Positions 28,493-37,963 of a stretch of 64,000 nucleotides of DNA are shown piece after piece. This DNA is from Candidatus Norongarragalinales archaeon (GTDB lineage Archaea; Micrarchaeota; Micrarchaeia; Norongarragalinales; Norongarragalinaceae). Each line of letters starts with the position of its first letter. Positions within the stretch are counted from its first letter, which is position 1. The notes below the pieces were generated by a model. It did not search any database, was not told the DNA's origin, and was given only the letters and a program-made list of their open reading frames with translations. The stretch is taken from NCBI GenBank assembly GCA_038884755.1, contig JAWABJ010000001.1, positions 320,001 through 384,000 on the forward strand. The letters are read 5' to 3'. A program made the position numbers and the translations under genes.

Positions 28493-29671
28493 TTGACTGC
28501 TCAATTAAATTCCCTTTCCTACAAAGCAGGATTTTCTTACGATTGGCACAAGACTTACGACGAGAATTACGACTCCGGACCGAAGTGCGGGCTAAGCGAA
28601 GAAGATTGGAGGAAAATCGATTCTTTCCGGAAAGAGCTTGATTCTAAACTGCCCAAACGCAAGTTCCTGGGCTTCACAGTAAACTCTACGCTAGGCATTG
28701 CCGCTGGGCCTTTGTTGAACCACAAATACGTCAATCACTATTACCGGCTGGGTTTCGACATGCCCGTGCAGAAAACCGTGCGGAGCGTTTTCACGAAAGC
28801 CCATCCTTTCCCGAACGTAATGCTAATCAACGTAGACCACCAGCTTTCAGACTCTGAAATAGGCTCGAGGACTGTCGCACGCCTGGACGCAAGACAAGAG
28901 AGGTTGAGCATCACGAACTCGTTCGGAATGCCTTCGAAAAGCGTGGAAGAGTGGACTGAAGACTTCAAGAAAACAACGCCTGCCGAAGGGCAGCTGAAAC
29001 TGATTAGCGTGGTGGGCACGCCTCCCTCGGCGAAGGGAAAGACGGGTTGTTCTTCGTGCGTTTCATCGAGCCATTCCGAGTTCCAGCATTTGGCTGAAGA
29101 TTTTGCTTCGCTTGCGCAGCTTGGTTTCGAGGGCGGCGCGCAGGCTGTTGAAATGAACTTTTCGTGCCCGAATGTCACAGGGAAAGAAGGGCAGATTTAT
29201 ACTAACGCGGAGTCGGCGAAAGAGATATGCAAAACCGCGCGAGAACAGGTCGGGAACGGAAAAAAATTAATCGTGAAGCTCGGCTTTTACAAGGATTACG
29301 ACAACATGGCTGGCGTGCTCGAAGCTGTTACGGATTACGCCGACGGCGTTTGTGCCATAAACACGATTCCCCTGGAAATAGTTGACGAGAACGGCGTTCA
29401 AGCGATGCCTGGGGAAGGGAGACTGCGCAGCGGCGTGTGCGGATACGCGATACGCGATTTGGCTTTGCGGACGATAAACGATTTTGCGGTAGTGCGCAAA
29501 AATCTCGGAAGGGATTTTGCGATAATCGGCGTTGGTGGCATTACGCAGCCTCAGGATGCGCTGGAGTTTTTCGAGTTCGGCGCGGATGCAATTCAAATAG
29601 CTACTGGCGCGATGTGGGACCAACTGCTGGGAATGAAAATAAAAACTCTTTTGCTTGAAAAAACTAGATAG
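28493..29671 (+). CDS. pyrD: Dihydroorotate dehydrogenase family flavoprotein
   Basis: GIAAGP, TNSFGMPS, EMNFSCPN, INT, IIGVGGI. Confidence 0.8.
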   Translation: MTAQLNSLSYKAGFSYDWHKTYDENYDSGPKCGLSEEDWRKIDSFRKELDSKLPKRKFLGFTVNSTLGIAAGPLLNHKYVNHYYRLGFDMPVQKTVRSVFTKAHPFPNVMLINVDHQLSDSEIGSRTVARLDARQERLSITNSFGMPSKSVEEWTEDFKKTTPAEGQLKLISVVGTPPSAKGKTGCSSCVSSSHSEFQHLAEDFASLAQLGFEGGAQAVEMNFSCPNVTGKEGQIYTNAESAKEICKTAREQVGNGKKLIVKLGFYKDYDNMAGVLEAVTDYADGVCAINTIPLEIVDENGVQAMPGEGRLRSGVCGYAIRDLALRTINDFAVVRKNLGRDFAIIGVGGITQPQDALEFFEFGADAIQIATGAMWDQLLGMKIKTLLLEKTR

Positions 29672-29685
29672 GTGTTTTTCGAAAC

Positions 29686-30057
29686 ATGACTGAAAAAATG
29701 GAATTGGCTAAAGCTAAAAATGAAGTGCAGTTTCATTTGGAAAACCTTTCGCACAAGGACCCTGTTGTGAAGCAAGTCGCCTTGAAACAGCTTGCCGAAA
29801 TTCGCGACCCGAACCTTGCGCCAATAGTGCAAAGGCGTTTGGGAAAAATCGCGGCACTTTTGAAAGACCCGCACCCTTTGACGCGCTCTCGCGCTGTCGA
29901 CGTGTTGTTTTTGTTCGGCAACTACAGCGTGCTGGACGACTTGAGAAAGATAGTTTCGAACAACGACGAGGGCAACGACGTAAGAAAACGCGCCGAACTC
30001 GCGATACGCAGGATAGGCGATTCGGAAAACCGGCGATTCGACCGGCTTTTCCGGTAG
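29686..30057 (+). CDS. HEAT-repeat protein
   Basis: KDPVVKQVALKQLAEI and LLKDPHPLTRSRAV repeats. Confidence 0.75.
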   Translation: MTEKMELAKAKNEVQFHLENLSHKDPVVKQVALKQLAEIRDPNLAPIVQRRLGKIAALLKDPHPLTRSRAVDVLFLFGNYSVLDDLRKIVSNNDEGNDVRKRAELAIRRIGDSENRRFDRLFR

Positions 30058-30115
30058 CCGGTCTTCGCGCGCCGTTGCGTTGGATTTAATTAATTTTGCC
30101 TTTCTAAAAACAATT

Positions 30116-30667
30116 GTGAAGGAGTTTGTCGTTTTACTGCTAGTTTCGTTTTTGCTTGCGGGCTGCGTTTCCACGCAAAACCAAGCTTCGCCCAGCGCCG
30201 GAGGTAATAGATTGAAAGCTCAAAACGGGGATTTGGTTGCAGTCGATTATTTGGGAACCCTCGACGACGGACGTGTTTTCGACACTTCCATAAAGAGCGA
30301 GGCGGAAAAGGCGGGGTTGCCTTTGCGACCTTCTTACGCGCCTTTGGAGTTTACCGTCGGCGGAGGGCAAATGATAAAGGGCTTCGACAATGCTGTCGTG
30401 GGCATGGCCGAGGGCGAAGAGAAAACCGTAAAGCTTGAGCCTGCGGATGCTTACGGGGAAAAACGTGCTGATTTGATTGTCGAAATTCCTGCGTCGTCTT
30501 TTGGTGACAGGCCGCCTAGGCTGGGTGACAAGCTGCAGTCCGACACTGGAATGGTTGCAGTTGTGGTGAACGTTTCCAACCGCACGATAACCATAGACGC
30601 CAATCACGCTTTGGCAGGAAAAACGTTGACTTTCAAGATAATAATGCGCAAGATAACGAGAAAGTGA
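30116..30667 (+). CDS. FKBP-type peptidyl-prolyl isomerase (SlyD-like), lipoprotein
   Basis: LAGC lipobox; DYLGTLDDGRVFDTS, GQMIKGF, DANHALAGKTL. Confidence 0.9.
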   Translation: MKEFVVLLLVSFLLAGCVSTQNQASPSAGGNRLKAQNGDLVAVDYLGTLDDGRVFDTSIKSEAEKAGLPLRPSYAPLEFTVGGGQMIKGFDNAVVGMAEGEEKTVKLEPADAYGEKRADLIVEIPASSFGDRPPRLGDKLQSDTGMVAVVVNVSNRTITIDANHALAGKTLTFKIIMRKITRK

Positions 30668-30694
30668 AAAAACCATTTTTTTGGGTTGGGACGA

Positions 30695-31332
30695 ATGCCT
30701 TTGAAGACTCTCAAGCGCTTGATTCTTCCTCCCGACGTGATGTTTTTCGACCTGATGGCGAAACAGGCGGAAACCGCTCATTCCGCTTCCCGGGCACTGT
30801 CGGAATTGATGGGGAATTACCGGAACGTCGGGGATGCGGCGAAAAAATCCGGGCGCTTGAGCACGACGGCGACGACCTGGTCCGCGAGGTTTACGCCGCG
30901 TTGCATTCCACTTTCATCGTTCCCATCGACCACGGGGACATTTCAATGCTCGCTGGGGCGATTGACGACGTGATAGACGTGGTCGACCATACGGCAGCCA
31001 CGCTTGTCGCGTACCATTTTGAAAAGCCCACGCTGGCAATGGCGAGGCTTGCTGAGTTGCTTGAACGCCAGAGCCTCGAACTTCAAAAAGCAATCTCTGC
31101 CATAAGCAACCCGCGCACGTACGGCCAGGCGGCTGCGTGCTGTGCGGAAATAAAGCGGCTTGAGGACGAGGCGGACGCGATTTACACTGCGGCGATAGGC
31201 GAGCTTTTCGCAAGCAGGGACGCGGTCGAGATAATAAAGCAGAAGGACGTTCTCGCCTGCCTTGAGACTGCAACGGACAAGGTGGACAAGGCGGCGCACA
31301 TCGTTTCCGACATAACCGTAAAACACGCGTAG
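30695..31332 (+). pseudogene. DUF47 (PhoU-like) phosphate transport regulator, frameshifted
   Basis: N-terminus MPLKTLKRLILPPDVMFFDL and C-terminus IRALEHDGDDLVREV...TVKHA are in different frames; the switch is at A6, 30842-30847. Confidence 0.8.
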
Positions 31333-31341
31333 TGTTTAGCA

Positions 31342-32352
31342 ATGCTGGAACTCATCGTTTTTACCATCGTGGTTGCTCTTGCTTTCGATTTCATCAACGG
31401 ATTTCACGATTCTGCCAACGCAATTTCGACTGTAGTCGCAACGCGAGTCATGACGCCAATACAAGCGGTTTCCATGGCCGCGGTCGGCAACCTTATCGGG
31501 CCTTTGTTTTTCAGCACTGCCGTCGCTGCAACCATGGGCAAGGGGATAATCGACACGAAACTGATTCAAAACCTGCTTCCGCAAGAGACGTTCGTAGTCA
31601 TGATTCTCGCAGCGGTCGTCGGCGCGATAGTTTGGGATTTGGTGACTTGGTACATAGGCATTCCAGTTTCAAGCAGCCACGCTCTCGTGGGGGGGCTTGT
31701 CGGCGCGGCTGGAGTTGCGCTCGGGGAGAAAGTGCTTTTGCTTGACGGGATAGGCAAAGTCTTGGTTTTCATGGTGGTTTCGCCCATTCTCGGGTTTATT
31801 GCCGCGTTCCTGCTTGCGCTAGTGGTAATGCGCCTTTCTAGCAAAACCCCGCCTTCGAAAGTCAACCACTGGTTCCAGAAGCTCCAGCTTTTCTCGGCGT
31901 TTTTTTATTCCGTGACGCACGGGACCAACGACGCGCAGAAAACGATGGGGATAATCACCATTTTATTGGTTGCAGGAGGCTTCCTCTCGACTTTCGACGT
32001 GCCGTTGTGGGTTATTCTCGCTGCGCACGCTTCGATTTCCCTCGGAACGTTTTTCGGGGGATGGCGCATCGTGAAGACGATGGCGCACAAAATCACGAGC
32101 CTAAAGCCGTACCAGGGGTTTTGCGCTGAAACTGCCGGCGGCATTGTTTTGGCGAACATGGCCGCCTTCGGGATTCCAGTAAGCACCACGCACGCGATAG
32201 CGAGTTCGATAATGGGCGTTGGGGCAACGCGCAGCGCAAGGAGCGTGCGTTGGGGTTTGAGCCGGAAGATTGTGATAGCGTGGATTGTGACCATTCCGTT
32301 GAGTGCGTTGTGCGCAGCCGCCGCGTTCCTGGCTTTAAGCTACGCCGTCTGA
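31342..32352 (+). CDS. pit: PiT-family inorganic phosphate transporter
   Basis: NGFHDSANAIST, PVSSSH, HGTNDAQK, PVSTTH. Confidence 0.95.
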   Translation: MLELIVFTIVVALAFDFINGFHDSANAISTVVATRVMTPIQAVSMAAVGNLIGPLFFSTAVAATMGKGIIDTKLIQNLLPQETFVVMILAAVVGAIVWDLVTWYIGIPVSSSHALVGGLVGAAGVALGEKVLLLDGIGKVLVFMVVSPILGFIAAFLLALVVMRLSSKTPPSKVNHWFQKLQLFSAFFYSVTHGTNDAQKTMGIITILLVAGGFLSTFDVPLWVILAAHASISLGTFFGGWRIVKTMAHKITSLKPYQGFCAETAGGIVLANMAAFGIPVSTTHAIASSIMGVGATRSARSVRWGLSRKIVIAWIVTIPLSALCAAAAFLALSYAV

Positions 32353-32462
32353 ATTTCCCCGGCAAAAAAACAGAAGAAAAGAGCTTATAGCTGCCAGGGT
32401 TGTTGCGCGGGGAAAAAACAAAAATCCGCGCCCCCATTCAAAAAGGAAAGTTTTGCTTGCTT

Positions 32463-33605
32463 TTACTTTTTCTTTGCTGTGTAGTTCCTGTAGCCCGCGT
32501 AGCCCAAGAGCGCGGCAAGCAAAACCAGGATCCAGTTGCCGCTTACGGCCGTAAAGAGACCGGTCAAGCCTCCGGGCTGGGTTTGCTGGGGCGATTCTTC
32601 CTGCAAGGCGATTTGCTCGGCAGTGAAAATAACCGTAGTAGGGTCGTTGTACTGCTGCAATCCAGAAGGGACTTCGGCCTTGTAAGTCAACACCCCGACC
32701 GATTCGGCAGGAAAGTTCACCACGCCGTTTTCGTTAGCGGTCAAAAGCTGTAATACCGAGCCTTCGCGGTAAACGCGCACGGTCGCCCCCGGAATGGGCT
32801 TGGTGGAATCCATTTCAACGACTTTCGCCTGGATTTGCTCTCCCACGTACGCCATGGAATCGGCGAAAACCATCAGGAAGTTTTTCTTTTCTTGCGGCAA
32901 GAGAATCACTTCGGGCGTTTCTTCCGAAACGCCGCCGGTTTCCCCTCCGCCGAGGAAAATGTCGTGCCCGCGGGTTTCACCGCCTCCTTGAGGAGTCGGG
33001 GAAGGCGTGGGCGTCGGCTGGGTGGTGCAATACTTTTGGTATATCTCAGCTTCCCGCGCGCTTGTAACTATAGGCCCTCTCGCGCAAATGCAGTCTATCC
33101 ATTGTTTTATTGAAGCGAACGGCTTTTTACAAACGCAAGCAATAGAATCCACTGCGCCGCTGGCGCACGGGTCTGGAGTGGGCGTGGGCTGGCAGCTTGC
33201 CAAGTCAGCCGCGTTGTTGGCGCACGGGTTTGGAACTACCGTGGGAGCGCAGTCGGCAGCACCGTTGGTGCAAGGGTTGTTGTCGTTTCCGTCGTCACTC
33301 TCCGACTGGCCGTCAAGTTTTTCCGAAAACTTTTCTCCCAATCCGCCTTGCTCTTCCCACAATTCCTTGAAACTGTCGTCAAAACGAGGGTATTGAATTG
33401 GAACCACGAGCCCGGTCGCAGGCTCCAGTCTGGGCGCCATGTCTGCGCCGGTTGAAAACAAGCTTTCCTTATCCGCTGAGGTTTCAGCTGGTATGGAATC
33501 GAAAGACGCGTCAGGCGTCAAAGAATCGACGGCGAATTCCGCTGAAGCGAAAACCACTGTAGCCAAAAGCAATACTCCTGCTATTCCCAACAATACTTCC
33601 TTCAC
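32463..33605 (-). CDS. Membrane-anchored surface protein with Cys-rich repeats
   Basis: Signal peptide; NPCTNGAADC / NPCANNAAD..C / DPCASGA repeats; PT linkers; Ig-like domain; C-terminal TM. Confidence 0.75.
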   Translation of the reverse strand: MKEVLLGIAGVLLLATVVFASAEFAVDSLTPDASFDSIPAETSADKESLFSTGADMAPRLEPATGLVVPIQYPRFDDSFKELWEEQGGLGEKFSEKLDGQSESDDGNDNNPCTNGAADCAPTVVPNPCANNAADLASCQPTPTPDPCASGAVDSIACVCKKPFASIKQWIDCICARGPIVTSAREAEIYQKYCTTQPTPTPSPTPQGGGETRGHDIFLGGGETGGVSEETPEVILLPQEKKNFLMVFADSMAYVGEQIQAKVVEMDSTKPIPGATVRVYREGSVLQLLTANENGVVNFPAESVGVLTYKAEVPSGLQQYNDPTTVIFTAEQIALQEESPQQTQPGGLTGLFTAVSGNWILVLLAALLGYAGYRNYTAKKK

Positions 33606-33620
33606 GCTACCACCCTCACA

Positions 33621-33642
33621 AAAAGCGCCCTAGGGCGCTTTT
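33621..33642. promoter_or_regulatory. Perfect 22-bp palindrome, candidate operator or hairpin
   Basis: AAAAGCGCCCTAGGGCGCTTTT just upstream of the SD of 32463..33605(-). Confidence 0.4.
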
Positions 33643-33710
33643 AGACTTTTGAACCCCACTTGTTTAATAGTAAGCATGCCGAAAGCCGTTATTAAGCCTT
33701 CGCTGTCTTT

Positions 33711-34115
33711 TTAAACTCCGTACGCCAGCACGCACCTGTCTTTTTCCTTGCAGGTGGAACACTGCGTTTTGGCGGATTGCGAGTGCCTGATGCAGTCGCT
33801 CTTCAAGAACGAAACGAGTTCTCGCAAGATTTCGATTTCCTTCGTCAATTCGTACTCGACTTCGTTGTAGTCCAGCTTGTTTTTCGCCAGAAACCCTTCT
33901 TTTTCCAAGTCTTTCAGCCGTTGGGTCAAGAGTTTGGGCGTGATGGGGTGCAAAGCCCGCTGGAGGACTGAAAATCGGATGGGCTTTTTGAGCGTGAACA
34001 ATTCCAAAAGAAGGGGAAGCATCCACTTTCTGCGCAATAGGTTGATGTGTTTTACCACTGGGCAGAACTGCATGGGGTAGGCCGCTTTGGTTTCCTTGTG
34101 GATTTTTACTGGCAT
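33711..34115 (-). CDS. HxlR-family winged-helix regulator with Cys-rich tail
   Basis: CPV....L..KW, RFS.L..ITPKLLTQRLKDLE, VEYELT; C-terminal CSTC.....C. Confidence 0.88.
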   Translation of the reverse strand: MPVKIHKETKAAYPMQFCPVVKHINLLRRKWMLPLLLELFTLKKPIRFSVLQRALHPITPKLLTQRLKDLEKEGFLAKNKLDYNEVEYELTKEIEILRELVSFLKSDCIRHSQSAKTQCSTCKEKDRCVLAYGV

Positions 34116-34194
34116 TTTAGATTCCGCCCGCGCGCCGTTTCAGGTGCGCACTAAACTTTTGGTTTTTGCAGGATTAAAACAGTGTTGTCAGGCG

Positions 34195-34899
34195 TCAGCT
34201 TAAGCCCCGAATGCCGATTTTTTCCGAGCAACCTTCCAGCCGGCTTTTGATTTTCAGGAAAAACTCGCGCGGGTAAGGGGAGATTTTCCGGAATTCTGGG
34301 TCGAGAGTGTCCTTGTTTTCGAACTGCTGGAGGTAATACGCTTTCGCCCCTTTGACGAGCGCGCCTATTTCCATCAAATCTCCTTCATCCAAAAGCGTGG
34401 GGACCACTGTGGTCCTGAACTCGTAATCCACGGACTTTTGCTGCTTGAGGAATTCTATGCTTTCCCGGATTTTTTCCGTGTCAACGTTCGACCGCGTGAT
34501 CTCGCGGTATTTGCGCAGGGGCGCTTTTACGTCCATCGCGACGTAATCCACCGTTTTTTCTTCCACCACTTTCTTTAGCATCGAGGGGTTGAACCCGTTG
34601 GAGTCGAGCTTGACGCAAAAACCTTTTTCCTTGATTTTGCGCGCGAACTCGGGCAAGTCTTTGTTCAAGCACGGTTCCCCCCCTGTTATGACCGCGCCCT
34701 CGAGCAGTCCCACGCGCGAGTCAAGAAACGCGAAAACTTCACTCTCGCTCACTGTTTTGTATTCGCACCTGGATTTTAAGACCAAACCCGGGTTTTGGCA
34801 ATACCCGCAGCGCAGGTTGCAGCCGAAAAGAAAGATTATGGCGCTGGGCTTTCCCGGATAGTCCAAGAGCGTGAGGGGCTGCAGCCCTTTGATGAGCAA
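34195..34899 (-). CDS. nrdG: Anaerobic RNR activating enzyme (radical SAM)
   Basis: LLDYPGK, GCNLRCGYCQN, TGGEP, YEFRTT; next to nrdD. Confidence 0.93.
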   Translation of the reverse strand: MLIKGLQPLTLLDYPGKPSAIIFLFGCNLRCGYCQNPGLVLKSRCEYKTVSESEVFAFLDSRVGLLEGAVITGGEPCLNKDLPEFARKIKEKGFCVKLDSNGFNPSMLKKVVEEKTVDYVAMDVKAPLRKYREITRSNVDTEKIRESIEFLKQQKSVDYEFRTTVVPTLLDEGDLMEIGALVKGAKAYYLQQFENKDTLDPEFRKISPYPREFFLKIKSRLEGCSEKIGIRGLS

Positions 34900-34904
34900 G
34901 AAAC

Positions 34905-35051
34905 TCAACCCTTTTTGCAAGGCTGGTATTCAACCCTGTCCTTGAACTCGCTTTGCTTGCCGTCGTTCCACTGCGCCACTGGCCTGTAATACCCTACCAC
35001 GCGAGAGTAGATTTCGCACTTCGTCCTTTGCAATTGTTTTCCTTCGTCCAT
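34905..35051 (-). CDS. Stand-alone glycyl-radical domain of class III RNR (48 aa)
   Basis: Manual translation MDEGKQLQRTKCEIYSRVVGYYRPVAQWNDGKQSEFKDRVEYQPCKKG; its own GAGGTGA SD overlaps the nrdD stop. Confidence 0.9.
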   Translation of the reverse strand: MDEGKQLQRTKCEIYSRVVGYYRPVAQWNDGKQSEFKDRVEYQPCKKG

Positions 35052-35058
35052 TTTTTTT

Positions 35059-37104
35059 TCACCTCACCGCTTTTACGACCATCGCCGGAGTAAAACCTAT
35101 TTCAACGTCGCAAACCGGGCAGTACTCGTGCTCTCCCGAAAGGTATCCGTGCTTGTTGCAGACGCTGAACGTGGGCGTGATGGTGTAGTACGGAAGCCGG
35201 TATTTTTCGGCAATGGTTCTCACGAGTTTTTTCGTCGCTTGCGCGTCAGGCATTCTCTCGCCGAGAAAACCGTGCAGCACCGTTCCCCCCGTGTATTTCG
35301 CCTGCAATTCGTCCTGCAAGTCGAGCGCCAGGAAAATGTCGTCGGTGTAGTTGACCGGCAGGTGCGTTGAGTTAGTGTAATAAGGCGCGGCTTTTTGTTC
35401 CCTCCACGCTTTTTCGTTGGCAACTTTTATGCCCGGGTAATTTTTTTTATCCGACTTTGCGAATCGGTACGTAGTGCCTTCGCCTGGAGTGGCTTCGAGG
35501 TTGTAAATGTGTCCCGTTTCCTCCTGGTATTCGCCTATCCTCGCGCGCAAGTGGTCGAGAGTCTTGAGCGCAAGACTCCTGCCGCTTTCGCTCGCGATGT
35601 TTTCGCCCATAATGTTTTCGAGAGCCTCGTTCATGCCGAGAATGCCGATGGTAGAAAAATGGTTTTCCCAGTAAGCGCCGTAGGCTTGCTTGATGTTGCG
35701 CAAGTAGTGTTTTGAATAGGGGTAAAGGTTTTCTTCGGTGAATTTTTCCAAAACCCTGCGTTTTATTTCCAGGCTTTCTTTCGCCAAGTCCGCCAGCCTG
35801 TCAAGCCGCTCGAAAAACTCAGTCTCGTTTTTTGAAAGAAAGCCGATGCGCGGCAGGTTTATCGTAACGACGCCTATGCTTCCCGTGAGAGGATTTGCGC
35901 CGAACAGCCCGCCGCCTTTCTTGCGCAGCTCCCGGTTGTCCAAGCGCAACCTGCAGCACATGCTCCGCGCGTCTTCCGGCTTCATGTCGCTGTTGACGAA
36001 GTTCGAGAAGTACGGAAGCCCGTACTTTGCCGTCATTTCGAAAATCTTGTCTGAAACCGGCGAGTCCCAGTCGAAATCGCGGGTAATATTGTACGTGGGA
36101 ATGGGGAAAGTGAAAATCCTGCCTTTCGCGTCCCCTTTCATCATCACTTCCGCGAAGGCGATGTTGAACAAGTCCATTTCGTATTGAAAGTCTGCGTGGG
36201 TTTCCGCCATTTCCCTCCCGCCAATAACAACCTTTTCTTCCGATATATTGTGGGGAACGGTTAAGTCCAGGGTGATGTTGGTGAAAGGGGTTTGAAAACC
36301 CACGCGAGTAGGAACGTTGATGTTGAAAATGAATTCCTGCAAAGCCTGCTTGACTTCTCTGTACCCCAGAGAGTCGTAGCGTATGAACGGCGCGAGGTAA
36401 GTGTCGAAGTTCGAGAACGCCTGCGCCCCGGCGGCTTCGCCTTGCATGGTGTAAAAAAAGTTTACGACCTGCCCAAGCGCCACGCGAAAGTGGCTGGGCG
36501 CCTTGCTTTCTATCTTTCCCGCGACTCCACCGAACCCGTTGTTGATTAAATCGCTTAATTCCCACCCGCAGCAATACACCGACAACAGCCCCAAGTCGTG
36601 CAAGTGGAAGTCGGCGTTCGAGTGAGCCTCGCGAATTTCCGGAGGGTAAACCCTGTTCAACCAATAGCGCGAGATTATGCTTGAGGAAATGTGGTTGTTC
36701 AAACCTTGCAGCGAGTAGCCCATGTTGCTGTTTTCGCGCACTCGCCAGTCGCTTTGGTTCAGGTAATCGTCCACCAGCCTCTCCGCTTCGCCCACTGCAT
36801 TCTTCAAATCGCGGATTCTCGCGTGCTGGTCGCGATACAAAATGTAGGCTTTTGCGGTTTTTGCGTGCCCGCGTTCGATGAGCGTTTTTTCCACGAGGTT
36901 TTGAACGTGTTCTACGGTTGGCGTTTCGCTTTCCTTAGCAAGCAGCTCGACAACAACGTCAGCGATTTTCCTTGCCTCGCGAAAGTCGCTTCCGCCCACT
37001 GCTTTCGCGGCCTTGAAAATTGCGTTGGCTATCTTTTCCTTGTTGAAAGGAACCTGCGTTCCATCGCGCTTGATTATCTTTTCTGGAACAGGCATTTTCA
37101 CCAT
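35059..37104 (-). CDS. nrdD: Anaerobic (class III) ribonucleotide reductase with ATP-cone, lacking the Gly-radical tail
   Basis: IIKRDG ATP-cone, HLHDL..YCCGW, SMCCRL, YTGGTV, CNKHG..CPVC then stop. Confidence 0.95.
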   Translation of the reverse strand: MVKMPVPEKIIKRDGTQVPFNKEKIANAIFKAAKAVGGSDFREARKIADVVVELLAKESETPTVEHVQNLVEKTLIERGHAKTAKAYILYRDQHARIRDLKNAVGEAERLVDDYLNQSDWRVRENSNMGYSLQGLNNHISSSIISRYWLNRVYPPEIREAHSNADFHLHDLGLLSVYCCGWELSDLINNGFGGVAGKIESKAPSHFRVALGQVVNFFYTMQGEAAGAQAFSNFDTYLAPFIRYDSLGYREVKQALQEFIFNINVPTRVGFQTPFTNITLDLTVPHNISEEKVVIGGREMAETHADFQYEMDLFNIAFAEVMMKGDAKGRIFTFPIPTYNITRDFDWDSPVSDKIFEMTAKYGLPYFSNFVNSDMKPEDARSMCCRLRLDNRELRKKGGGLFGANPLTGSIGVVTINLPRIGFLSKNETEFFERLDRLADLAKESLEIKRRVLEKFTEENLYPYSKHYLRNIKQAYGAYWENHFSTIGILGMNEALENIMGENIASESGRSLALKTLDHLRARIGEYQEETGHIYNLEATPGEGTTYRFAKSDKKNYPGIKVANEKAWREQKAAPYYTNSTHLPVNYTDDIFLALDLQDELQAKYTGGTVLHGFLGERMPDAQATKKLVRTIAEKYRLPYYTITPTFSVCNKHGYLSGEHEYCPVCDVEIGFTPAMVVKAVR

Positions 37105-37121
37105 CCCCCCCCAACTTTTTT

Positions 37122-37787
37122 CTACGAGAGGTTTTTAGCCATCACGAGCTTCTTGCGGTTTTTGAAAAAGAAAAAGTCTTTCTGCTCGTAGCCGAGCTTT
37201 TTGTAAAGTCCGATCGCGGGAATATTGTCTTCCCTCACGAAAAGCCACGATTGTTTTTGCGTGAAATGCTTTTCGATAAACCCCTCGCCGAAAGAAACGA
37301 GCTTGGTGCCTATCCCCCTGCGCTGGTATTTTTCATCGACGATTATGTTCGCAACTTCGAACTTTGAAACCACGCCTGCCGCGACCAGTTGCTTTACTAC
37401 AGGATCGACTACCGCGGGAAATACCCTGCCGACCAAGCCCAAAGCAAACCGCACGGTTCTCGGTTGCTGGAAGCACATGGAAATGAAGCCGATGGGCTCG
37501 CGCGTTTCCTTCAAGACCATGACGAAAAACCCGGTCGGAAGGCGGGAGTAAACCTTCAAGATTTCGTTGCGCAACGCCGAGGCGTTGGACTTGCAGGTTC
37601 TGGAGCCGAATTCAACGACTTTTTCCAAGTGCCTTTCGGGGTCGAACGGGATTATTTCCCACTCTTCCTCCTGCCCTTGCTTTAAATCAACGCTTTCCAC
37701 GTAGCTCACCTTCTGCCCGTTATGCGCTTTCGCTGCAGGACCGACCTGTTGATCTTTGTTCCTTGAAATTTTAAGCGGGGCGTACAT
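37122..37787 (-). CDS. GNAT acetyltransferase
   Basis: VDEKYQRRGIGTKL, NIPAIGLYKKLGY. Confidence 0.85.
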   Translation of the reverse strand: MYAPLKISRNKDQQVGPAAKAHNGQKVSYVESVDLKQGQEEEWEIIPFDPERHLEKVVEFGSRTCKSNASALRNEILKVYSRLPTGFFVMVLKETREPIGFISMCFQQPRTVRFALGLVGRVFPAVVDPVVKQLVAAGVVSKFEVANIIVDEKYQRRGIGTKLVSFGEGFIEKHFTQKQSWLFVREDNIPAIGLYKKLGYEQKDFFFFKNRKKLVMAKNLS

Positions 37788-37963
37788 TCGGGGGTTTCAC
37801 CTGTCTAGAATTACAAAATTGGTTTCTGTAAGTTTGTTAAAAAGCGGGGGCTTTCCAAAAGGAAAGCCTTGAAAGTTTCGGCGGGAAATGCATTGTCTTG
37901 CGGTTTTAGGCGCGCTAATAAACCCTCACCAACATTTTTTTTATCAAAGGGAGAGGGAAAACA

